DNA of 64,000 nt from Pseudomonadota bacterium (GCA_018816555.1 JAHIVT010000071.1:898-64897); one strand, 5' to 3'. Counted from the stretch's first letter, positions 47,901-55,191 are shown. A program made the numbers and translations. The notes: generated from the letters alone by a model not told the origin.

Positions 47901-48038
47901 CATGACGATCACCGTGGGCCGTTCGGAATCGGGGAACAGGTTCTTGGGCATGACCACCAGACCGTAGACGCCCAGCACGAAAAATCCGGCAATCAGGCTG
48001 TAGAGCAGGTAGGGACGTTTATGAAAGAAATCGAACAT
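44934..48038 (-). CDS. RND efflux permease (AcrB/AcrD/AcrF superfamily), second pump
   Basis: 1034 aa with 12-TM RND architecture. Motifs LGMLVDDAVVVLENIERH and RFRPVFMTAFGT. Confidence 0.9.
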   Translation of the reverse strand: MFDFFHKRPYLLYSLIAGFFVLGVYGLVVMPKNLFPDSERPTVIVMSQVPGATPNMVAATVSKPIEQEISTLALIRQVSSTNIAGMSIVTAEFEYKKGLDPAAVDVNNAINKVRDKLPAGVTPAIYTAGSFTLPVDVFALSPKNDNLSLADIRKIAESDIKPALLRNSAIGNVEIFGGFQSAIMINIDPFKAKSYGIALDKIGGIIRSLDRDVPIGFVKGEDSFYTLAYYGERDQVEALAMLPVATNVRLGDIADISWHHQKRLSGYIGNGKPAIALAIQRAPGGSVLSTSKAARSAVAQLIPRYTNIDFQLADTQRNLIETANVNMLEALRDAIFFTLLVILLFLGNLRAVTAALASIPMVFFSTIAIIWMGGGELNIVIYTAIILALGMLVDDAVVVLENIERHLGELKEDLNTAIIAGTKEVIAPVFAGTVATIAIMIPFLFVGDFPEKIFRPLISTLIIALLVSYFLSITFIPSISFWLYRKGVTKTRFELLLEKVYDRSFGRLVGPYLSILRFSNGGRSGLRRLLMTVGVIVLLAVSIRNIMPVIGRDLMPPMDTGIIKAHVKFSANETVETVEKRLLPVLAWLKAQPEVEMSSITFGAEPGVLSMGSGSLPTEAVMTINCVNRFERKKSVWQIEDEIRGKLTELANVKAADVYDFGATAMSSIKAPVDVRLLAEDYHLLPQAASRAVSALGRVKGLTSVNTSWDEDFTEARLEIDTNKALAYGMTPVMIAAQLPLAGVPVAINGNLVSMQSQFVRLDFAPALDSHPDNLRLIPIQTPKGVVPLEALATISYGLTANRIERNQMLYSVDVSGYRSKRAMSTIMGDVERELHQEDFSGVELSQEGDIKQMQDSFARMIKAIAIGVVLLLMALIAIYHSVRLSVVMILVLPLAMIGASWGMLVFNKPSCMPSMVGIMLLFGIIIKNSVLLIDFYQVFRKTGESPFAAAMESVRVRFRPVFMTAFGTMAGMIPIAFEWAVGLERLSPLADVAIGGLLVGTILTLIYIPMFAYTVDRGKSGVDGEYLSLTTAK

Positions 48039-48041
48039 GGC

Positions 48042-49208
48042 TCAGGCCCCGGCCTTGCTGTCAACAGGGGGAGAGGCCGCCATAACCTTGACCGGCGCGC
48101 CGCTGGCAACCCGCAATAAAATATCGGGTTTGGCCATCAGCACCGTTCTGGCCTCAAGCGCTTCAGCAACCACCACCCCTTCACTGCCGCGGGCAATAAT
48201 GGTCACCGGGGTCTTGACGGCGGCTCCGTTTTCCCAGATAAAGACCGAGGTACGGCCATCAATGGTGAGCAATGCATCCATGGGCAGCAGGACCGTATTC
48301 CCCGCATAGATCACCAGATCGATGCGTACATATTGGCCTTCCAGTGTCCCTGATTCCTTGGGCATGGGGGCCACATACTGGGCCAGGCCGGTGGTGGCCG
48401 TGGCCTGGTTTCTGGCAGACAGGGCAAGGGCGTGCCCCTGCCAGAGGGCCTGGGTCGCCTGCAGTGAAGCGGGCAGGGAGAGGTTCAGATACTGCCCGGA
48501 GCAGGCGGCAATGCGAAAAAGGGTTTTACCGGGCATGGCCATATCCCCCACCATCACCTCCCGCTTGCTCACCGTGCCGCAGGTGGGGGCAAGGATATCC
48601 GTATAGCTCAGCAGTGACTGGATCTCTTTTTCATCCTGCAGCAGGATCTCCTTGTTCTTTTCCAGGGAGGCAATGCCATTGCTGGCAGCACTTATTTTTG
48701 CCTCAAACTGGGCAATGGTTGCCTCTTCCTGGCGGGACTGCTCCTGTGAGGCGCCCTTGACCGCCAGCAGTTCCAGGGTGCGCTGATGGGTTTCCCCGGC
48801 AACCGCCAGGGTGGTGCGCAGGGACTTGAGATCCTCTTTTTTGGCGGCTATTTCATAATCAAGTCCTGCCCGTTTCAGGTGCAGACTCTCCTTTTTGGCG
48901 GCCAGATCCGTGGCATCAATGCGGGCCAGCACATCGCCCTGCTGCACCACGTCCCCTTCCTGTTTGAAAATCTTAACGACCCGCCCGCTCACCTTGGTGG
49001 ACAGGGTTGACGAGAGTTCCGAGCCAACCACCCCCATGGCGGGCAGGGTAAGGGTAACCTGATCTTTTGTGAGCTTTACCGCCTGCACCACCACCGGCAG
49101 AATGGCGGCCGGCGTGTCCCTGGCCAGTTGCGCTTTTCTTTTTTGCAGCAGCACCACAGCACCCAGCACAAGCAGGGCCACCAGCAGAATCGTCACTATC
49201 TTTTTCAT
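48042..49208 (-). CDS. RND periplasmic adaptor (HlyD/MFP family)
   Basis: N-terminal TM anchor, VSGRVVKIFKQEGDVVQQGDVLARID lipoyl-like hairpin, coiled coil. Confidence 0.8.
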   Translation of the reverse strand: MKKIVTILLVALLVLGAVVLLQKRKAQLARDTPAAILPVVVQAVKLTKDQVTLTLPAMGVVGSELSSTLSTKVSGRVVKIFKQEGDVVQQGDVLARIDATDLAAKKESLHLKRAGLDYEIAAKKEDLKSLRTTLAVAGETHQRTLELLAVKGASQEQSRQEEATIAQFEAKISAASNGIASLEKNKEILLQDEKEIQSLLSYTDILAPTCGTVSKREVMVGDMAMPGKTLFRIAACSGQYLNLSLPASLQATQALWQGHALALSARNQATATTGLAQYVAPMPKESGTLEGQYVRIDLVIYAGNTVLLPMDALLTIDGRTSVFIWENGAAVKTPVTIIARGSEGVVVAEALEARTVLMAKPDILLRVASGAPVKVMAASPPVDSKAGA

Positions 49209-50491
49209 TGCACCACACCCCGCAGATCAATGCCGTAGAGGACAGCCTGTTGCGACCACAATTGCCATCTCTTGCTTTGCACTTCCTCCACCGCGGCCTG
49301 GGAGGCCAGCAGCTGGCTTTCATAGCGCAGGTACTCCTCAAGGGTCATGCGACCCGCAGTAAAGGATACCTTGGCCGTGGCCAGGAGTTCATGGCTGTTT
49401 TTTTCCGATTCCCGGGCAAGCTGCAGCGACTGTTCAAGAAGCGGCAGCTTGTCCGTAAGATTTTTCGCCAGGGCCGCGAGTTCAATTCTGGCCTGGGCCA
49501 GCTTTTTTCTGGCCTGACTCAGCCTGATGTCCGCCATCTCCTCGCCGGTGCTGATGGTTTGGTCAAAAAGCGGCATCTGCAGTTTCACCCCGCCGTAATT
49601 GTAGCTTCTGAAGATATGCTCATCGGTATTATAGGCCTCGCCGTCGTTGCCGGAGATGGTGCCATACAGCAAAAGCACGGGATAGCGCGCTTCACGGCTC
49701 CTCTGGGCCTCTTTTTCCGCGGCAGCCACCTCTGTGGCTATCTTCTGCTCGGTGATGAAATCAGAGCCGGCCAGTGTGCCGGCAAGCGCCATGGCAACCG
49801 GCGCCGCAAGATCAATACCGGTCAGTTTCTTCAGGTCGCTCCGCACATCGGCAATCCGGGCCATGATACTGTTGCGCTGCTGCTTCAATTCATTGATTGA
49901 GTTGTTGATTTTGTAGAGCTCGATTTCGGCCGCCCGGCCGTTTTTCACCTTGAGCTCCACCTCCTGGCCGGTGATTTCCAGGGAATCAATGCGGCCGGCG
50001 ATGGCCTCATTGAGATTAACCAGATAGAGATAGCTGCTGTTTGCCGCAATCACGGCGGACTCCCTGGTGATGAGATTGATCCGGTGCGCAAGATTTGCTC
50101 TGTCGCTTAACAGCTTCACCTTTTCCTGCAGGGTATAGAGCTGTTTGGCATAGATGGGCATTTCCAGAGTCAGGCCGTAGCGCAGGATGTCACGGGAAAA
50201 CGGTATCGAATCACCTGCCGCGATATCAACCTCGGTGGGCGGCATGGGCCGCAGGTTGGTGGGCGAATTATAGCTCTCCGTCCGTCCGAAGAGGTTGACC
50301 TTGGGATAGAGGGCGGCCCGTGCCTCTTCCACCTGAACCTCTGATTCCCGCACAGCCAGTTCGCTCAGTTCGACTGCCGGTTGTCCGGCAACCGCTTCCA
50401 GCAGATCACTGATATCATAAGCCCATGCCGGCATGGCCCGCAAAAGCAGGCCCAGGGAGAAGAGCAAAATCCACAGTTTCTTTTTTTTCAC
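49205..50491 (-). CDS. TolC-family outer membrane efflux protein
   Basis: Signal peptide LWILLFSLGLLLRAMPAWA, two TolC repeats. 4-nt overlap with the adaptor gene. Confidence 0.8.
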   Translation of the reverse strand: MKKKKLWILLFSLGLLLRAMPAWAYDISDLLEAVAGQPAVELSELAVRESEVQVEEARAALYPKVNLFGRTESYNSPTNLRPMPPTEVDIAAGDSIPFSRDILRYGLTLEMPIYAKQLYTLQEKVKLLSDRANLAHRINLITRESAVIAANSSYLYLVNLNEAIAGRIDSLEITGQEVELKVKNGRAAEIELYKINNSINELKQQRNSIMARIADVRSDLKKLTGIDLAAPVAMALAGTLAGSDFITEQKIATEVAAAEKEAQRSREARYPVLLLYGTISGNDGEAYNTDEHIFRSYNYGGVKLQMPLFDQTISTGEEMADIRLSQARKKLAQARIELAALAKNLTDKLPLLEQSLQLARESEKNSHELLATAKVSFTAGRMTLEEYLRYESQLLASQAAVEEVQSKRWQLWSQQAVLYGIDLRGVVQ

Positions 50492-50520
50492 TTATGAGCC
50501 TCTTGCAAAATGGACGGGGT

Positions 50521-50949
50521 TCAAAATTTCAGCATTTTAATGAAATCCCGGATCTCATCCCGTACCCGGCGGTAATGGCTCAGCGCCTCTTCTTCAGTGT
50601 TGGCACCCGCGGCAAGTTTCGGCGGATCATCAAAACCATGGTGCACTACCCTGGTGGGTCCAGGGAAGAAGGGGCAGTTTTCATCGGCATGGCCGCACAC
50701 CGTGATCACCAAATCAAACTCCTGTTCAGGCAGATCCTTCACCAGCTTGGAGCGGTGATTGCTGATGTTCACTCCGGCCTCGGCCATCACCCTGACGGCC
50801 AGGGGGTTGAGACCATGGGTCTCGATGCCGGCGGAATAGGCGATGATATCGCCTGCGCGAAGATGCCTGGCCCAGCCTTCCGCCATCTGGCTGCGGCAGG
50901 AGTTGCCGGTGCAGAGAAAGAGAACCTTTATTTTTTTATTTCTAGACAT
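50521..50949 (-). CDS. arsC: arsenate reductase, LMW-PTPase/thioredoxin-coupled type
   Basis: VLFLCTGNSCRSQMAEGW P-loop. VCGHADENCPFFPG supplies the Cys82/Cys89-type pair. The true ATG is at 50949; the track's 35-codon N-terminal extension runs through palindromic repeats. Confidence 0.9.
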   Translation of the reverse strand: MSRNKKIKVLFLCTGNSCRSQMAEGWARHLRAGDIIAYSAGIETHGLNPLAVRVMAEAGVNISNHRSKLVKDLPEQEFDLVITVCGHADENCPFFPGPTRVVHHGFDDPPKLAAGANTEEEALSHYRRVRDEIRDFIKMLKF

Positions 50950-50965
50950 GACGCACCATTTGAAC

Positions 50966-51078
50966 ATGCCCCACAATAACGGCGCCTTGCTGCAGTGAAA
51001 ATCTTGCTGTGTACAAGGAGCGGGCCATGCCCGCGATAACGCTATTGTGGGCATACCAATGCCGCGGGCATGACCCGC
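50966..51078. repeat. GC-rich palindromic units in the Trx-like/arsC spacer (REP-like)
   Basis: GCGGGC-cat-GCCCGC (51020-51034) and GCGGG-catga-CCCGC (51064-51078). A flanking inverted pair ATGCCCCACAATA (50966-50978) / TATTGTGGGCAT (51043-51054). Confidence 0.45.
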
Positions 51079-51140
51079 TTCTTGAAGATGGCATTACGCT
51101 GCGGCTGGGACCTTCATATTAACTCGTTTTCAAAGTAGAA

Positions 51141-51371
51141 TTATTTGAACCAGGACATAACATCCTTTTTGCTAGGCACCTTGCCGGTGCATTTGATCTT
51201 GCCGTCAATCACCACAGCCGGGGTGGCAAAAACGCCCAGCTTGGCAATCTCGCTGAAATCGGAGATTTTCTGCACGATAACTCCTATACCCGCCTCTCCC
51301 AAAGCCTCATTGACTATTCTTTCCGTTTCATGACATTTCGGACAACCAGGTCCGCATACTTTGATTTCCAT
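51141..51371 (-). CDS. small thioredoxin-fold protein (redox-active disulfide protein 2 type)
   Basis: MEIKVCGPGCPKCHETERIV...ATPAVVIDGK. GGAG RBS 6 nt before ATG 51371. Confidence 0.8.
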   Translation of the reverse strand: MEIKVCGPGCPKCHETERIVNEALGEAGIGVIVQKISDFSEIAKLGVFATPAVVIDGKIKCTGKVPSKKDVMSWFK

Positions 51372-51437
51372 GACTTTCTCCATATTAAGTTGTTTATTTT
51401 TCCATCAAAAAATGAATTCCTAATAATGTCTATTTTT

Positions 51438-51523
51438 CACCACGGAGCACACAGAGGTCACAGAGAAATATTTTTTTAATTACTGTTAGTTATCTCTGTG
51501 TGCTCTGTGCTCTCTGTGGTAAA
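51438..51523. repeat. inverted array of CACAGAG/CTCTGTG heptamers forming a long imperfect hairpin
   Basis: Left arm CCACGGAGCACACAGAGGTCACAGAGA, right arm TCTCTGTGTGCTCTGTGCTCTCTGTGG, about 27-nt AT-rich loop. About 23 pairable positions. Intra-operon spacer. Confidence 0.55.
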
Positions 51524-51559
51524 TTTTCGGTTTTTACAAAATTTTCACAAACACGTTTC

Positions 51560-52855
51560 TTAAAAAAACGAGCCGAAAATAAGCCCGCTGATGGTCGCCA
51601 TGACAATCACCAGGCAGACAAAGACCACTGTTTTCTTGGTGCCCATGATGCTGCGGATTACCAGCATGTTGGGCAGGCTGAGGGCCGGACCGGCCAACAG
51701 CAGGGCCAGGGCCGGTCCCTTGCCCATGCCGCTGCCGATCAGACCCTGCAGGATCGGCACCTCGGTCAAGGTGGCAAAATACATGAAGGCCCCGGCAAAA
51801 GAGGCAGCGAAATTTGCCATGAGTGAGTTACCGCCCACGGCCCGGCTGACCCATGTTGATGGGATCAACCCCTCCTGCCCCGGTCGGCCCAGCAGAATGC
51901 CGGCAATAAGCACCCCGAACAGCAGCAGGGGCAGAATCTGCTTGGCAAAACCCCACGACTCCCTGAACCATTCCCCTGTTTCATCCTCCCTGGGACTGAT
52001 GACAACACTCAGAGCGAGAACCCCGGCCACAAAGGCCAGAGTGGGATGGCCGGAAAACAAAAAGGCAAGAATAAACGCAGGGACAGCAGCCAACACCACC
52101 TGCCATTTAGGCAGGCCATACCATGTCATGAGCATCAGGCCGAGAGCAGCGGAAAAGATGCCGGTGATCAGCCATTTATTGCCATAAATGGTATGCCAGA
52201 GACCGGTGGTTTCTGCAGGTTTTCCCCAGTTGGCAAAGACCAGGATGCCGACCATGGCGGCAAAATAGAGAACATTCTGCCATAGTGGGCGCGTCACCTC
52301 GGCTTCCGGCATCTCAATATGGGCCTTTTCCATTTCCTCCTTCCTGAAAAAGAAATGCATGAGCAGGCCGATAATAACGCTGAAGAAAATAGCCCCCACC
52401 GCCCGGGCAATGCCCAGCTCCGGCCCGAGGATGCGGGCCGTGAGGATAATGGCCAAGATATTAATGGCCGGACCGGCATAGAGAAAGGCGGTGGCCGGTC
52501 CCAGCCCAGCCCCCATCTTATAGATGCCGGAAAAAAGAGGCAGAATGGTGCAGGAACAGACGGCGAGGATGGTACCAGACATCGAGGCCACACCATAGGC
52601 CAGCATCTTGTTCGCTTTGGGCCCAAGATATTTCAGCACCGAGGCCTGGCTGACAAAGACGGCAATGGCGCCGGCGATAAAAAAGGCCGGTACCAGACAG
52701 AGCAACACATGCTCGCGAGCATACCATTTGACCAGGTGCAGCGACTCCATGACCGCATTATCAAAGCGCCCGTTCCCCACCGGCAAATAATAGCAGCCGA
52801 TAAAAAACGCCACGATCCAGACCAGCGTCTTCCATTCTCTTTTCCAATCCATCAC
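51560..52855 (-). CDS. COG0701/DUF318-type permease (ArsP/YraQ family), second copy
   Basis: Motifs SGTILAVCSCTILPLFSGI and GPATAFLYAGPAINI; 10-11 TM helices. Confidence 0.8.
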   Translation of the reverse strand: MMDWKREWKTLVWIVAFFIGCYYLPVGNGRFDNAVMESLHLVKWYAREHVLLCLVPAFFIAGAIAVFVSQASVLKYLGPKANKMLAYGVASMSGTILAVCSCTILPLFSGIYKMGAGLGPATAFLYAGPAINILAIILTARILGPELGIARAVGAIFFSVIIGLLMHFFFRKEEMEKAHIEMPEAEVTRPLWQNVLYFAAMVGILVFANWGKPAETTGLWHTIYGNKWLITGIFSAALGLMLMTWYGLPKWQVVLAAVPAFILAFLFSGHPTLAFVAGVLALSVVISPREDETGEWFRESWGFAKQILPLLLFGVLIAGILLGRPGQEGLIPSTWVSRAVGGNSLMANFAASFAGAFMYFATLTEVPILQGLIGSGMGKGPALALLLAGPALSLPNMLVIRSIMGTKKTVVFVCLVIVMATISGLIFGSFF

Positions 52856-52894
52856 TGTTTCTCCAAAAAGAGTGCGGAGATCAGCCGCAGACAG

Positions 52895-53122
52895 CTATAT
52901 ATTTTTTTGTTCATCTCTCAGCACCTCGTCCACCAACCGGCGGACATCGGCCAGGCATCAGTGGGCTGCGGGGTTATTGGCGGCACAGTTGCAGGCCCCT
53001 GCCCGGGATACGGCCATAATCCGTTCGAGAATGGTCGAATGGCCATATCTGGCGGCATCCTGCCTGATATCCTCCCTGGAATAACCCATGCAATAACAGA
53101 CCAGTTCCTTGTTTTCCTTCAT
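52895..53122 (-). CDS. small BFD-like Cys-rich protein with in-frame UGA (candidate selenoprotein); absent from ORF track
   Basis: Hand translation: MKENKELVCYCMGYSREDIRQDAARYGHSTILERIMAVSRAGACNCAANNPAAH-U-CLADVRRLVDEVLRDEQKNI. ATG 53122 lies 12 nt after the upstream stop. TGA is at 52958-52960 and TAG at 52895-52897. A hairpin lies at 52928-52945. Confidence 0.55.
52928..52945 (-). promoter_or_regulatory. SECIS-like stem-loop downstream of UGA 52960
   Basis: mRNA sense GUCCGCC-GGUU-GGUGGAC: 7-bp stem at +16..+22, with a GGUU loop at +23..+26 from the U of UGA. Confidence 0.45.
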
Positions 53123-53133
53123 AAGAGCCCCTA

Positions 53134-54228
53134 CTAAATAATCAGGTTAAAAAGAAAACCGGTGAACAGGATACCGACGCCGACAACGCCGATGAAGACG
53201 GCGATCAGTTTCGGTTTCAGCACCTTGCGCAGGATCACCATCTCGGGCAGGGACAGGGCGATGACGCTCATCATGAAGGCCAGCACCGTGCCCAGGGCCG
53301 CACCTTTACTGAGCAGGGCCTGCACCACCGGCACGATGCCCGCGGCATTGGAGTACATGGGGATGCCGACCAGCACCGCGGCAGGCACCGACCACCAGGC
53401 ATCCTTGCCCATGATGGCGGCCATGAAATTTTCCGGCACAAAGCCGTGGATCATGGCGCCGACGGCGATACCGGCCACCACATAGAGCCACACCTTGCCG
53501 ACGATGTCTTTTACCGCCTCGCCGCCCATCACCATGCGGTCATGCCAGCTGAGTTTCTCTTCCACGATGATCTGCTCGCCCATGCGGATCTCCCGCACCC
53601 AGTCTTCAATATGGTGCTCGAGATGCAGGCGGCCGATGACCCAGCCGGCAATGATGGCCACGGCAAGGCCTGTAGCCATATACAGAGCGGCGATCTTCCA
53701 GCCCAGCAGGCCGTAGAGCAGCACCACGGCTATCTCGTTGACCATGGGAGCGGCAATGAGAAAGGAAAGGGTCACACCCAGAGGCACGCCGGCCTGGACA
53801 AAGCCGATAAAGAGCGGCACAGCGGAACAGGAACAGAACGGGGTGACAGTGCCTAATAATGCCGACAAGACATTGCCGGCCGACTCCCTTTTCCCGGCCA
53901 GAATCCTGCGCGTCCGCTCAGGAGTGAAAAAGGAACGGATCATGCCCACCACAAAAACAATAAGAGTGAGCAGCAGCATGACCTTGGGGGTGTCATAGAC
54001 GAAAAACTGGATGGATGCTCCCAGATGACTGCCCTGGTCAAGCTGCAAAAGATGATAAGCAAAAAAGTTGGAAAACGGCAGCAACTGGAGGTAGAGCACA
54101 TACCAGGCTGCAAGACCGGCAAATCCCAGGCTGAGCTGCTGAATGGTTATCTTCTTTTGCCTGACCGGGGCACCTAACGAGCAGACCCCACCGTCACAGC
54201 CGCAGTCAATCTTTTCCGTAGTTTTCAT
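53134..54228 (-). CDS. ArsP-like COG0701 permease with N-terminal Cys cluster
   Basis: GTVTPFCSCSAVPLFIGF (the TPFCSCS motif known from ArsP). N-terminus KIDCGCDGGVCSLG. Likely start is ATG 54228. Confidence 0.75.
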   Translation of the reverse strand: MKTTEKIDCGCDGGVCSLGAPVRQKKITIQQLSLGFAGLAAWYVLYLQLLPFSNFFAYHLLQLDQGSHLGASIQFFVYDTPKVMLLLTLIVFVVGMIRSFFTPERTRRILAGKRESAGNVLSALLGTVTPFCSCSAVPLFIGFVQAGVPLGVTLSFLIAAPMVNEIAVVLLYGLLGWKIAALYMATGLAVAIIAGWVIGRLHLEHHIEDWVREIRMGEQIIVEEKLSWHDRMVMGGEAVKDIVGKVWLYVVAGIAVGAMIHGFVPENFMAAIMGKDAWWSVPAAVLVGIPMYSNAAGIVPVVQALLSKGAALGTVLAFMMSVIALSLPEMVILRKVLKPKLIAVFIGVVGVGILFTGFLFNLII

Positions 54229-54319
54229 GATGTCTTCTTTGTGAAGGATTCGTATGTATGTCCCTTGCGGCTGCACCGTAAGGGAGGTTCGCGAACCGCC
54301 CCTACACAAACCTCTCGTC

Positions 54320-54347
54320 TTTTTATTATCTGTTTTTTATTATCTGT
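54320..54347. repeat. perfect 14-bp tandem duplication in arsR/permease spacer
   Basis: TTTTTATTATCTGT x2 (54320-54333 and 54334-54347). The nearby perfect palindrome GGTTCGCGAACC is at 54286-54297. Confidence 0.7.
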
Positions 54348-54359
54348 ATGATCCGCTTA

Positions 54360-54704
54360 TCAGGCGGCGCAGCTCCGCTCGCGGTTCAACTGGGGCAAGC
54401 TGTCAACCATCTCCCGCACCTGCGGCTCCTCATCAAGCCAGCCCTTGAGATTACCCAGCATCACCCGTGCGTACTCGGAGTCCTCCCCTGCGCTCAAGCG
54501 GTAAATGATCCAGGAACCTTCCTTGCGATAGTCAACCAGCCCGGCCTCTTCAAGGATCTTAAGATGTTTGGAGACGGTGGGCTGGGCCAGGCCGAGGAGC
54601 TGCCGCAATTCGCAGACACAGAGTTCCTTGACGCCAAGGATTTTGATGATCTTCACCCGGCTGGGATCAGACAAGGCCTTCATCACACGGACAAATCGTT
54701 TCAT
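54360..54704 (-). CDS. arsR: ArsR/SmtB-family metalloregulator
   Basis: LSDPSRVKIIKILGVKELCVCELRQLLGLAQPTVSKHLKILEEAGLV. AGGAGG RBS 5 nt before ATG 54704. Confidence 0.85.
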   Translation of the reverse strand: MKRFVRVMKALSDPSRVKIIKILGVKELCVCELRQLLGLAQPTVSKHLKILEEAGLVDYRKEGSWIIYRLSAGEDSEYARVMLGNLKGWLDEEPQVREMVDSLPQLNRERSCAA

Positions 54705-54726
54705 GCTTTCCTCCTGATACATTTTC

Positions 54727-54746
54727 ATATTGCCATATGGCTATAT
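54727..54746. promoter_or_regulatory. 20-bp near-perfect palindrome, candidate ArsR operator
   Basis: ATATtGCCATATGGCtATAT (core GCCATATGGC is perfect). Abuts the putative -10 of the minus-strand promoter. Confidence 0.5.
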
Positions 54747-54772
54747 GTAGCTCAGTAATTTGCTTCTGTCAA
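54744..54772 (-). promoter_or_regulatory. putative sigma-70 promoter of the minus-strand arsR cluster
   Basis: On the minus strand: TTGACA (54772-54767), 17-nt spacer, TACATA (54749-54744). Confidence 0.4.
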
Positions 54773-54804
54773 GGGGGCAGTAAAATTTTCCCAAGGCCAA
54801 ACAC

Positions 54805-54833
54805 TTGACACATATCCGCCTACACGGATATAT
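54805..54833 (+). promoter_or_regulatory. putative sigma-70 promoter plus operator of arsR2-acr3
   Basis: TTGACA (54805-54810), 17-nt spacer, ATATAT (54828-54833). Inverted repeat ATATCCG-cctaca-CGGATAT (54812-54831) fills the spacer. The ATG is at 54844, so the leader is very short. Confidence 0.5.
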
Positions 54834-54843
54834 TGAAGATATT

Positions 54844-55191
54844 ATGAAGGAGATGGCTAAACTTTTTAAAGCCCTGTCCGAGGACGTACGGCTACGGATT
54901 CTCGGCCTGTTGTGCCAGGGCGAGCTGTGTGTCTGCGACCTGATGGCGGTGCTTGATCTTCCCCAGTCGACAATCTCCCGGCATCTCTCTTACCTGACCA
55001 ATGCCGGTTGGCTGGCCGGGGAACGGCGGGGGGTCTGGATGTATTACCGTCTTATCGATGATGGCGGTGACCTCCAGCAGGATCTCATGGCCGTGCTGAT
55101 AAAACATCTGGCAAAGCTTCCCGCCGTTGCCCGTGACTATGCCAGGCTTACGCAATATCTGAAAACCAAAAACCCGTCAGCCTGCGGCTGA
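54844..55191 (+). CDS. arsR: ArsR/SmtB-family metalloregulator (second copy)
   Basis: LSEDVRLRILGLLCQGELCVCDLMAVLDLPQSTISRHLSYLTNAGWL. Confidence 0.85.
   Translation: MKEMAKLFKALSEDVRLRILGLLCQGELCVCDLMAVLDLPQSTISRHLSYLTNAGWLAGERRGVWMYYRLIDDGGDLQQDLMAVLIKHLAKLPAVARDYARLTQYLKTKNPSACG

Noticed and set aside
50950-51054. N-terminal extensions offered by the ORF track. Examples: ArsC from 51054, PG-binding protein from 13175, AhpD-like from 24637, permease from 54309, Acr3 from 55259.
   Set aside because: The extensions lack RBSs, run through palindromic or intergenic sequence, and precede internal ATGs that have good RBSs and align with the conserved family N-termini.
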